A stretch of DNA of 64,000 bases from Thecamonas trahens ATCC 50062 (Eukaryota; Protista; Apusomonadida): contig NW_013657613.1 in NCBI RefSeq assembly GCF_000142905.1, positions 52,502 through 116,501 of the forward strand, read 5' to 3'. The position numbers were made by a program, and so were the translations under genes. The notes under the pieces were generated by a model. It saw nothing but the letters and a program-made list of their open reading frames with translations, was not told where the DNA came from and did no database searches. Numbering within the stretch: position 1 is the first letter of the stretch; each line of letters opens with the position of its first letter. Shown one piece after another: positions 52,389-62,400 of this stretch.

Positions 52389-53531
52389 ATGCTCAGAATA
52401 TCTCGTGGGAGCCTCGGCCGCCTCGCTAGCGGACGTCTCGCTATGGTCGCGCGGCCTGGAGCAGCTGGCGGCAGCGAGAGTGAGTCGCAAGCAGAGTCAT
52501 CGCCTCGGGCGGCAGCCATAATGGGGCCGACTGGGCCGACTGGGCCGACTGGGCCGACTGGGGCGATGGGCGCAATGGGCGCGATGGGCACTGTGGCGAT
52601 GCGACGATGGATGTCGGACATGGTCCCGCTGCCGCCGGGAGTGGTCGATGGCGTGGCTGAGGACAAGGGCCGTCTGCTGGCGGCGAGCTCGGCGTGGGAT
52701 GCTGGTGCGACGCTGCTGGTGGAAGAGCCCTTTGTCTGGGTCCCCAACCCGAGCGCTCTCAACTCGCTCTGCACACACTGCTTGGCCGATCTGGAGCCGG
52801 CGGCCTCGTTTGGCTGCCCTTCGTGCGACCGGCCCATCTTCTGCTCGGGATCGTGTCACGCCATGGCTGCCTCGGGCTACCACGGCCTCGAGTGCGAGGC
52901 CTGGGGCCTTTATGAGCGCGATGAGGCTGCGCCGGACGCCTCGCCGCCGCTTTATCGCACGCTGCGGCACTCACGTCACACGCTTCTTGCTGCACGGTAC
53001 GTCTCGATGCTGATGTCCCATCTCAAGCGCGGCGACATGGACGAGGTCTCCACCCTCAACACCCAGATCGGAGAGCTCATGGGTCGTGGCATCTCGTTTG
53101 CCGATGATCCTGCGCTCCTCGCCGCCCACAAGGGCCTGGCCAAGACCGTTCTCGCCGAAGGCGACAACGCTACAGCCTTTGACGCCAAGTGGTTCGACGT
53201 GCTCATGGGCAAGTTCCAGCTCAACTCGTTCAAGATCGAGGTCCCGGCGCCCGATGGCGGCTGGCGCGACCTGGGTGTCGGCCTCTACCGCCACGCCTCC
53301 AAGATCAATCACTCTTGCGAGCCGAATGTCCAGGTCCAGTTTGGCGCAAACGCTCGCAAGCCGGCCAAGCTCACACTTGTGGCGCTCGCAGACATTGCTC
53401 CGGGCGACGAGCTGTGCATCGCCTACTGTGACCCGGACGAGACCATCTCGCAGCGTGATCACTATCTGGCCACAGCCTACGGCTTTGACTGTGGCTGCGC
53501 CAAGTGTCTTCGCGAGCGGAGCAAGGCGTAA
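52389..53531 (+). CDS. SET-MYND (SMYD) lysine methyltransferase with a presequence-like N-terminus
   Basis: KGR...AG..LLVEEP, CTHC/CPSC/FCSGSC MYND, GLY..ASKINHSCEPN, ELCIAY, post-SET FDCGCAKC. Confidence 0.9.
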   Translation: MLRISRGSLGRLASGRLAMVARPGAAGGSESESQAESSPRAAAIMGPTGPTGPTGPTGAMGAMGAMGTVAMRRWMSDMVPLPPGVVDGVAEDKGRLLAASSAWDAGATLLVEEPFVWVPNPSALNSLCTHCLADLEPAASFGCPSCDRPIFCSGSCHAMAASGYHGLECEAWGLYERDEAAPDASPPLYRTLRHSRHTLLAARYVSMLMSHLKRGDMDEVSTLNTQIGELMGRGISFADDPALLAAHKGLAKTVLAEGDNATAFDAKWFDVLMGKFQLNSFKIEVPAPDGGWRDLGVGLYRHASKINHSCEPNVQVQFGANARKPAKLTLVALADIAPGDELCIAYCDPDETISQRDHYLATAYGFDCGCAKCLRERSKA

Positions 53532-53591
53532 ACCGGGGATCAGACTGCTGTTGCTATCTTCCCACAACCGCGAGGAGTTTACAGCCGCAAC

Positions 53592-55874
53592 TTACTTGGG
53601 CAGCGAGTACATGCCGTCAGCAAAGGCGAGCTCCTCCTTGCGGACGAGCGTATTGAGGAACGAGATGAGCTCGTTGAGCGAAGCGGTGTAGCCCGAGTTG
53701 GCCACAAACATCTTGAGCATGTTGTGGATGCGCTCGGCGGGCAGTGCGCCGAGGTTGCCGAGCATACCGTTGACGTACGACTGGTAGACCCGCATCTCCT
53801 CAGCCTTTTGGTCCTCGAGCGAGGCGACGCCCGAGTCGGCGTCCATGCCGCCGGCGCCGCCGGCCGACGAGCTCGGTGCGTCGCCCAGGACCGAGACCGA
53901 GGCGTAGCACTCGTCGCCAGCGTCGACAACGACCGAGGCGGCGAGCCAGTAGACCATCTGCTTGCGCAGGAGCGCGACGTCGATGCCGACAACCTTGGCC
54001 AGCGCCCGTGCCGGCCAGGTGACGGTGCCGTCAACGGCGATGCTGGCGCCACCGACGGCTGCAGCCGTCTTGGCGTCAAAGTACGAGATGATGGTGGCCA
54101 GCAGCGGCGAGACCGTCACCTCGAGCTCGGTGTCGTCAAACTCGAGCGTCAAGCTGACCGAGCCGAGGTTGGGCAGGAAGCTCAGCGTCCGCGGCGTCTT
54201 GAGCGAGTGGAACGCCTTGGCGTACGTCTCCATCTGCGCTGCCATGGCCGGTGGGAGCTGGAAGTTGACTTCCTTGAGCGGCGGCCAGAAGAGGCGAGAG
54301 ATGACAGTGCCTGAAACCACGAGCTCGTTGTCGCCGCCGCCCTCGTGGGAGTGGACGTACGCGTTGATCCGCTTCGAGTCGGCGAGATCCTTGAGCATGA
54401 CCTCGGCCGGCTGCATCGAGCTCTCGCCGAACCGCAGCTTGAGGAGCTCAGAGTTGCGGACCTGATCGTCGGTGTTGTAGTCGGTGATGGCGAGGAGCTT
54501 GGAGGCAAGCAGAACCTTGTACTCGGAGACAAACAGCTCCTGTGAGCCGTAGATGTTGACCAGCATGGCCAAGATGTCGGTCCGCGCCGCGGGCGCCGTA
54601 GTCGTCGCGCTCAACGCGCCCGACTCGAGCGGTGCCGGCGTCCAGTTGTCGTAGTCCTCATTTGCTGCGCCACCGCCGCGTCCGCCGCCGACACCGCTGC
54701 CGGTCGGGCCCGACGCGGAGACCAATTCGCCGCCGAGGAGCGAGGTTGGTGACGGGTCGGTGAGCGAGGTGACCACGCACCGGATGGTGTCCTCGCGGTT
54801 CTTGAGATAGTTGCGGATGCCGTGCGAGACCGAATCGAGCATGACACCCGACGGGTCCAGCCGAGTCAGCACTTTGATCGACGACACGTACTGCCCCAAG
54901 ATGTCGACCGTGTTGGCGCCAAGATGCAGCAGACGCTTGTCAAACGCCGCAGAGAGCACGTCAACCAGCCGCTCGTGCTGCCATGTCCGCGCCAGTGCCC
55001 GCCGCAGGTCCTCGACTGCCGGCGCTGAGTCGGGAAAGTCTACAATAATGTCAAAGAGCTCGCGGATGCGGAGCTCTCCAAAGGCCTCATACATATGAAA
55101 CCATAGCCGCTCACGGAGATGCGCCACCGTGGCATTCCCGCAGCCCTTGACAACAGCCTCAACGGCTACGGCCACATCAGCCTCCATCCACCGAATGAGC
55201 TCATCGAGCCACGCCTCTTCGAACTCTCCCTTGGCCTGCGAGAGGATGTGCGCCTCGACAACCCGGTACAGCAACTGGGTCACCACTGACACCGACGCCT
55301 GTGCAAGGCCCAGCACCGACAGCTGGTGCATGAGCTGGGTGAGACTATCGAGGCCAAGAACTGCCGAGCCTGCACTTGTGGCCGCCTCATCCTCATCGTC
55401 ATTCTCCGCGTCGTCGTCCTCATCGTCATACTCCTCATCGTCGTCGTCGCGGCACACCACGCTGAGCCCAAAGACGAGCAGTGCCTCCTTGTACACCACC
55501 GCCATGACTTCTTCAAACAGTGTGTGTGGCAGTGCAACCTGAAGAGCAGCTTGGAGGCCCGCGAGCGCAGCGGTTTGCCTCGACTCAGCTGCCTCGGGCG
55601 TGATGCCCAGCGCGGCGGCCAGCGTGTCGAGCGCCGTTGCCACGGCTTCAAACAGGCCCACGATCTTGCCAGTGGCCTCGATAACGCTCCCAACAACAAC
55701 GCCCGCCTCGTCATCACATCCGCGCTTGGCCTCTAGCACTTCTAGCAAGCCGCTCCATACGTCTCGCGCTCGCTGTGGCGGCAGGGCTTCATCTGCAATT
55801 GCGCGCGCGTACGCCGAGAACAGCGCCTCGGCCTCAGCGCCTGTCCCGACAGTCCCAGCCGCCTCCAGGGCCAT
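53592..55874 (-). CDS. ANAPC2: Anaphase-promoting complex subunit 2 (cullin-like)
   Basis: RIRELFDIIVDFPDS, RLLHLGANT.DIL, YLKNREDTIRC, LVNIYGSQELFVSEY, ELLKLRFGE, C-terminal winged helix (GMLGNLGALP.ERIHNMLKMF). Confidence 0.95.
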   Translation of the reverse strand: MALEAAGTVGTGAEAEALFSAYARAIADEALPPQRARDVWSGLLEVLEAKRGCDDEAGVVVGSVIEATGKIVGLFEAVATALDTLAAALGITPEAAESRQTAALAGLQAALQVALPHTLFEEVMAVVYKEALLVFGLSVVCRDDDDEEYDDEDDDAENDDEDEAATSAGSAVLGLDSLTQLMHQLSVLGLAQASVSVVTQLLYRVVEAHILSQAKGEFEEAWLDELIRWMEADVAVAVEAVVKGCGNATVAHLRERLWFHMYEAFGELRIRELFDIIVDFPDSAPAVEDLRRALARTWQHERLVDVLSAAFDKRLLHLGANTVDILGQYVSSIKVLTRLDPSGVMLDSVSHGIRNYLKNREDTIRCVVTSLTDPSPTSLLGGELVSASGPTGSGVGGGRGGGAANEDYDNWTPAPLESGALSATTTAPAARTDILAMLVNIYGSQELFVSEYKVLLASKLLAITDYNTDDQVRNSELLKLRFGESSMQPAEVMLKDLADSKRINAYVHSHEGGGDNELVVSGTVISRLFWPPLKEVNFQLPPAMAAQMETYAKAFHSLKTPRTLSFLPNLGSVSLTLEFDDTELEVTVSPLLATIISYFDAKTAAAVGGASIAVDGTVTWPARALAKVVGIDVALLRKQMVYWLAASVVVDAGDECYASVSVLGDAPSSSAGGAGGMDADSGVASLEDQKAEEMRVYQSYVNGMLGNLGALPAERIHNMLKMFVANSGYTASLNELISFLNTLVRKEELAFADGMYSLPK

Positions 55875-55980
55875 CTCTGTGTGCCATACGTATGTGAGTG
55901 AATGTGGAGTCTACGGCCGATCTGTGCCCCAAGCGCAGACCAGTCTATGTCCTAGCTAGCTCAGCTCAGCCTAGCACAGC

Positions 55981-56249
55981 GCAGTGCAGCCACAAGCCGA
56001 CCAGTTGATGTCCGGATCAGCTCAGCCGAGGTCACCGCAGTGCAGCTACGATCCGACCAGTTGATGTCCGGATCAGCTCAGCCGAGGTCACCGCAGTGCA
56101 GCTACGAGCCGACCAGTTGATGTCCGGATCAGCTCAGCCGAGGTCACCGCAGTGCAGCTACGAGCCGACCAGTTGATGTCTGGATCAGCTCAGCCGAGGT
56201 CACCGCAGTGCAGCTACGAGCCGACCAGTTGATGTCCGGATCAGCTCAG
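55981..56249. repeat. 56-bp tandem repeat about x4.8 upstream of APC2
   Basis: GCAGTGCAGCTACGAGCCGACCAGTTGATGTCCGGATCAGCTCAGCCGAGGTCACC at 55981, 56037, 56093, 56149, 56205. Confidence 0.95.
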
Positions 56250-56533
56250 TCTCACCCAGCCCAGCCACGACCAGCCTCAGATCAACCCATGTTCGACCAG
56301 CCTCAGATCAACCCATGTTCGACCAGCCTCGCCCAGCCCAGCCATCCCAGGCCATTCCAGACTCCCTCCCTTCCTCCCCCCCCCCTTCCCCCCCTTCCCC
56401 CCCCCTCCCCCCTTCCCCCTCCTCCCTTGTCACGTACCGAGTGGCAGGGTGGGGTCCTGGGCATGGCGGTAGAGGACGGACCATGCCTCGGTGGGTGGTG
56501 CACACCCCGGTGGTACCGTCCGCAGAGCAAACA

Positions 56534-56601
56534 TGGTGGTGGTGGTGGTGGTGGTGGTGGTGGTGGTGGTGGTGGTGGTGGTGGTGGTGGTGGTGGTGGT
56601 G
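56534..56601. repeat. (GGT)n microsatellite
   Basis: About 22 copies. Confidence 0.95.
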
Positions 56602-56813
56602 AAGTGGGTGGCCTTGTCCTTGCCCTGCCCTTAGGTCGGTGGCGCCGTGGTTGGCGCCAACTCACTCGCTACTGGCACTCACTGGCATCTTCAAATTGCT
56701 GGTGGTCGGGAGCGAATGGTGAGAGGGATGATGAGGAGAACATGCACAGTGTGTGTAGAGGGATTTAAAAAAAAGGACCAAGATCGGCTGTTTCTGGGTG
56801 TTGATGGTCTTCT

Positions 56814-58409
56814 CTACAAGTCGTCCTTGGCAGCCTTGGCGGCCTTGGCGGCCTTGGCGGCTTCGACTTGAGCCTTGAGCTCAACGATGTGGTCCGAGAT
56901 CATGCGGAGGTTGTGGGAGAGGACTCGCTTCTCGCCCATGGCGACGATACGGGCCATGCGGAGCCGGATGGAGAGAGCGGCGACGTCATCGTCAGACATG
57001 GCCTCGTCGTCAGCCAGGGTGGTGGGGAACCTGGCGAGGAGGCCGGCAAGGAGCTTGGCGGCAGCCTTGTGGGCCCGGAGCTCGGTGACGGCGTCCAGCG
57101 GGTCGTAGAACGAAATGCTGTTGGCCACGCTCGGCGCGTCGTTGTAGGCAGTGAGGAGCGTCGAGGGGAGCTTGGCGATGCGGAAAAAGGCGATGAGGTC
57201 AGGATGGATCTCGTCCTGGAGATCAAGCTCGATGGCATCCTTGGCGCGGAAGCGCGCGTTCTTGAGCACCACGCTCCGCTCCACAAACCGAGGGTCCGAC
57301 TCGGCAAGCTCGACGTCGACGGTGACCCTCGGTGAAGGATGGTTGACAAAGACCACGTTGTGGCGATAGAGCATGTCGGTGTTCGACGCCATGCCGGCCG
57401 GCTTCTGCAGGACATCACCGGCGGCGGTCGGGACCGACGACATGATGCGGACCCGTCCGTTGACCACGGTCGTGTATGCCTGGCCAGTGTAGTTGTGCGA
57501 GATGAGGTCAAGAAGCGGAACAATGGCCACCTCCTTGCCGCGGTTCTTGCCGTCCTTGTCGGTGTCAAGATGGAGCTTGACCGACCGCGCCCATACCGTC
57601 GCCCACGCCCACGCCACGTTGCGCTTGGTGAATACGTGCGGCGGGAAGAGGTGCGGCTCGACCTGGGTCAGCGGCTTGACCACCGTGGTGTACAGCCTCT
57701 TCACATCGGCCAGATCCATCTCGTGGAACTTGGCAATGCGCGTTCCGGCCAGTGCCGCCAGCTCCTCGTCGGTCCAGAACAGCGTCGTGTCGAGCTGCCG
57801 CGGGAGCAGCTGGATGTACGGCGCAAACTCGGACGACGGCCCGGCCAGAAACGTCTCAAACACCAGATGCAGAATGAGCGCCGTCCGCGAGTCAATCGAA
57901 CGCGCCGCATCTGTCGAGAGAAACTTGCCCAGTGCCGACCGCAGCGCCGACTTGTGCGACATGATCTTGGACGCCGGAATGACCGCCGTGATCTCGCTCA
58001 TCGATGAGCTCTCTCCGCCGTTAGAGGCGCCATCCTTCGGCCGCGAGGCTTGGACAGCCACCTTGGACGGGCAACTGGGACAGAGGCTCAGAACCAGCCG
58101 CCACTTGCTCCGACTGACGCCCGAGGGACGAAGCCAAGTCATAAAGTCCTCGAGCAGCTCCACAGTCGGGGTCTCCTTCTCTGCCGTCAGCGCCTTGAGG
58201 CTACTGGCCAGCATCTCCGAGTGCTGCAACGGACCCCACATGATATCACTCCGAACACCACGTGGAGCCTCATCTTCCAAATCATAATGATGATCATCAC
58301 CATTGTCCGACACCTTGCTCTCCGACTGACTCGTCGTCTTGCTCTCCGCAGACGCCAGCACCACAGCAAAGGCAGCCACCACGGCTACAACCAGCACGGC
58401 CACACGCAT
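56814..58409 (-). CDS. Rubisco-LSMT/SETD3-like SET-domain protein with a signal peptide and C-terminal KDDL
   Basis: MRVAVLVVAVVAAFAVVLASA, SEFAPYIQLLP, FWTDEELAALAGT, WAWATVWAR, VPLLDLISH, substrate-binding domain FPTTLADD...EKRVL, ends AKDDL*. Confidence 0.85.
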   Translation of the reverse strand: MRVAVLVVAVVAAFAVVLASAESKTTSQSESKVSDNGDDHHYDLEDEAPRGVRSDIMWGPLQHSEMLASSLKALTAEKETPTVELLEDFMTWLRPSGVSRSKWRLVLSLCPSCPSKVAVQASRPKDGASNGGESSSMSEITAVIPASKIMSHKSALRSALGKFLSTDAARSIDSRTALILHLVFETFLAGPSSEFAPYIQLLPRQLDTTLFWTDEELAALAGTRIAKFHEMDLADVKRLYTTVVKPLTQVEPHLFPPHVFTKRNVAWAWATVWARSVKLHLDTDKDGKNRGKEVAIVPLLDLISHNYTGQAYTTVVNGRVRIMSSVPTAAGDVLQKPAGMASNTDMLYRHNVVFVNHPSPRVTVDVELAESDPRFVERSVVLKNARFRAKDAIELDLQDEIHPDLIAFFRIAKLPSTLLTAYNDAPSVANSISFYDPLDAVTELRAHKAAAKLLAGLLARFPTTLADDEAMSDDDVAALSIRLRMARIVAMGEKRVLSHNLRMISDHIVELKAQVEAAKAAKAAKAAKDDL

Positions 58410-59162
58410 CACATTCACATATCCTCTTCCACTTCCAGACACCATTCTGAGGTACTCTTCTGTTCAGAGTGAAATACCCTCTACCTCCCCCTCCCCCCCC
58501 CCCCCCCTCCCCCTCGCTCAACCTCCGCGCAACTCTCGCCTGTCCCTCGCAATGGTCGCCGAGGTAAGCGGTTTTGCCCGAATTTTCTATTTCACGTGTT
58601 TCTTCATGAATCCTCCCCCAGCTAAACCAACTATCTATCTAGCCAAGACCGATGGCTTATAGCCATGAAAAAAGGCCTCTGTCAATGTGGTTATACGGTC
58701 CTCTTACTGTATGGCCTACGTATGAGTCGATTGGAGAGAGTGATGCCTGGTGATTGGCGGGCTGGCTGGCTCGATCGCGCGCGCGCACACACACACACAT
58801 ACACTCGCTCACGCTCTCGTTGATCTGCGTCGTGTGGAGCAAAGTCAGCACCATAACATGGACATCAGACATGATGCTCGGATGAAGATAATGCTCTGAT
58901 GGCGATTGCGCTTGTCCTTCCCCCCGGCACGCTTGAGTTCGATCTGCAGATGGAACTGCCCTGGACCTGGTCGTCGTCGCGGGCTCACGATAAGATGTTG
59001 ATATCATCACGAAAGCGGTATCATCCACATTGAACAAGAATCTGACCCCCTCTGAGCGCTCCGAGTCGCAGTGATGTCGGAGCGGTCATAATCTGGGCAG
59101 AACCTGGCTCCCGATTCCCGACGATGATGATGACGATGAAGACCATGATGACGATGAAGACC

Positions 59163-59204
<42 letters not shown>

Positions 59205-59434
59205 ATGGTGATGATCAGGCAGCCTGCGCATACTTAGTCTCCTATCCCCATCACGCACCTGGCCATCATGGCGAGTCTGAATCCAAACTTGGCGCGCAGC
59301 GCCAAGGCGTGCTTCCCGCCCCACCCGCACCCATCACCTCCAAGCATCAGCTACGGCCACTCCACCCCCACGTGCAACCCCCACCCAGACAAACCACACC
59401 GAATACATCTTTTCTATATACTCACCGAGTTTCA

Positions 59435-62400
59435 ATGGCGTCAAGGCCATACTCGCCCATTGCGAGCCCAAGACCTGTGACGCCCACCTCTGACCTTGCT
59501 GCGGCTTCGATCATGTCGAAGAGTGATGATATGATGATGAGCAAGCATGGCCATGAGGCTGACCAAGATCATCATCATGATCACGACAACAATCATGACA
59601 AAGGTCTTGATCAAGATGGCCACGACTCGGTGCCTGGGACGAACGACGCCAGCCGACGGCCCCAAGCTCAGCCAGCTTCCCGCCCTTTTGCAGCCTCGGA
59701 CGGCTTGCTGCGAACGCCACCACCAGCCATGCGCAAGGGCTTTGCGAGGGACGGGGACTCGGACGAGATGCTTGCGGACGAGCCGTCACCAAGGACCTTT
59801 GTGCCGTCGCCCACGCCTCCGCCCACCTCACCGGCCGCTCCATCGCCTGTTCCTGGTGGCGAGAGCAGCTCGAGTGCTGACGAGCCTGATGGAAGCGAGC
59901 GCCAGCGGAAGCGCTCGATTCTGGCGCAGCTCAACTCCAAGGAGGCCCAGGATCGCCGCCAGCGAAGCAAGGCTGCGGTTGCATCGAGCCTAGTTCTTGA
60001 CTCGGTTGTCCGGGTCTCCAACACGGGTCACTTTGGCGTCATTCGTTTTGTGGGTGAGACCAAGTTTGCGCCGGGCCTTTGGGTCGGCCTCGAGATGGAG
60101 GAGCCTGTCGGCAAGCACGACGGTCTCCGAGATGGCGTGCGGTACTTTCAGGCCCGATACAAGCACGCGCTCTTTGTGCGGCCGTCGCGGGTCAAGGTCA
60201 TTCTCCGCCCGCACGTAAGCGCGTCTGTTGCATCGCCACCGCGTCCGTCGACTGCCCCAGCAGTCTCGGCGCCGCGGTCGTCGACAAGCGTGCCGGCAAC
60301 AACCGCGACTTCGACTCACTTTTCGCGCCGCTCGCGGTCCGAGCTCGACCGCTCGCGCGCGTACCGCGATCGCGACATGCTCGCCAAGCTCAGCGTTGGC
60401 ACCCGCGTCACACTCCGCGATCGTAGTGTGCCGGGCACAGTCGCTTACATCGGCCGAATCGACCGCCCGGCCCACACCTCCCGCCCTGCCACTGCCAGCC
60501 GCAGTCAAAAGGAGGTCAGCGACGTCTTTGTTGGCGTTGCGCTCGACGTCGCCGCCGGCAAGAACGATGGCTCAGTCAAAGGCACCCGGTTCTTCACCTG
60601 CAAGCCACAACACGGGGTCTTTGTCCGCCCCTCGGCCCTTGCCCTACTCAAGGTCAAACTCAAGCCGCAGGCTGTCGCCGGTGCAACGCCAGAGTCTACC
60701 GGCGCCTCAGCTCCACCACCGGCACTTTCGCTGCCGGTCAAGCCGACGCCGCGCCCGGCCCGCCACCAGCGGTCATTACAGGGCCATCGGGCTCGCTCTC
60801 ACCGTCGACAGCGTCGGGGCCATCGACGCCGACCTCGCCCGAGGACGCGAACCGGTCGTTTTCGTTCTCAGGCTACGACGAGTGCCTCTCAGGCCCATTG
60901 GCCGAGCCATCGGACGGCCTCTTGCCGAAGCGCAAGTCACCGGGGCGGCGGCGGCTCGGCAGTTCGCCGTCAATAGCCAAGACGGGAGCGGGCGCGGGCG
61001 CAAACGCAAGCAAGAAGCCGCGGGCGTCGCGGACGCTCGGCTTTCGGCTCGGCGCTACTGAGCCGCCGGCGCGAGCTTTAGATCCGGATACCACTCCAGC
61101 GCCTGCCCGCGATTACACCTGGAACGAGCGGTTTCAGGAAGTGGTTCACCTGCCAGCACTCACGCCTGCGCAGGCCGAGGTCAAGGCGCAGGCCATCGCG
61201 CAGCTGTCGCAGGAGCTGGTGGCAGCGGCGACGCCGGTCGTCAAGACCATTGTCAACGAGCTCCACATTCCGTTCCCGGACAAGACTATCAAGCCGGTGA
61301 CGCAGAGCGTGGGCGGAATGGCCGGTGGCGACAAGTACATTCGCGATGGCCTGTTCTTCAAGCTCGCTCGCGACGTGACCGGAGCGTACGGCGGGGATGA
61401 GAACGCGGCACACGCGGCGCACCACGAAATGGATGCGCTTGCGGCACTGCTCAAGGCCAACATTCCGGGCCTACACTTTCCGCTCACGGCAGTCATTTCG
61501 TACTGCGGGCACACGGTGTCGGTCGCATCGCTGCTCCCGATCGATGCCAGCACACTGGTGTACGGGTCTGCTGACGGCGGAGCGACGCTTGTCAAGTCGA
61601 ACCACGATATGGATGCGATGATGCAGCTTGCAGGCTCGGCGCTTAACCTCAAGGGCCACGTGGTGAGCGGCTCGCGGAGTGTGGCGGCCGGCTCGCGGCG
61701 GAGCGACGCCTTTGTGTTTCACGGTCCAGCCGACATGGAAGGCCATCTCGGGCACGATGGACGGTTCTATGTGGTCGACATGGCCCGTTTGTTTCCGCCC
61801 GAAGCACCGGCGAGTGACGCGCCCAAGGGCACCATCTTGTACCGACTGCTGCGGCCCGAGGCTGTGGCGGCGGCGCCGACGCCGCTGTCGTCGGACGCGT
61901 TCTCGCGGATGGGCCGCCACAATCACCATCTGCACAACACCGAGGTGGCTCATGCCACGGCGGCACTCTACACGCACACCATTCCCGTGCTGGCTAGGGA
62001 GCTCCTGGCGGCCGAGTCGGAGCACGCACTGTCGGCAACGGCGCTCGCCAGTTCAAGTCTCGGCTTTTTTGCGTCGCGCGGGCTCTCGACCCGGCACCTC
62101 GGCGCGTTGCGATCGCACGTGCCTGCAGCTTCCGACGGCGTGGCTGCACACTTGCGCGAGTGGTTGACGACGTACATGGTGGCGCACACGTTTGGGGCGC
62201 AGTTGTCTGCGTCGTTGCGGCGGACGCTGCGCAAGCGGCGCAACCGGATCTCGCGCAAGACGCTTGTGGTACAGCATTTCAACGCGCTGCTCGCGTGGCA
62301 GGTGACGGATCCATTTGGCATTGTGGCCTCGATGGGCAAGACCCGTCTGGCCAAGCCTGGGCGGCGGTGTCCGCTGGGCGGCTTTTGGTGTGGCGCGCTG

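Noticed and set aside
58657-59330. Possible small spliced gene on the minus strand
   Set aside because: Splice-like sites exist, but I could not build a consistent frame or recognise a product
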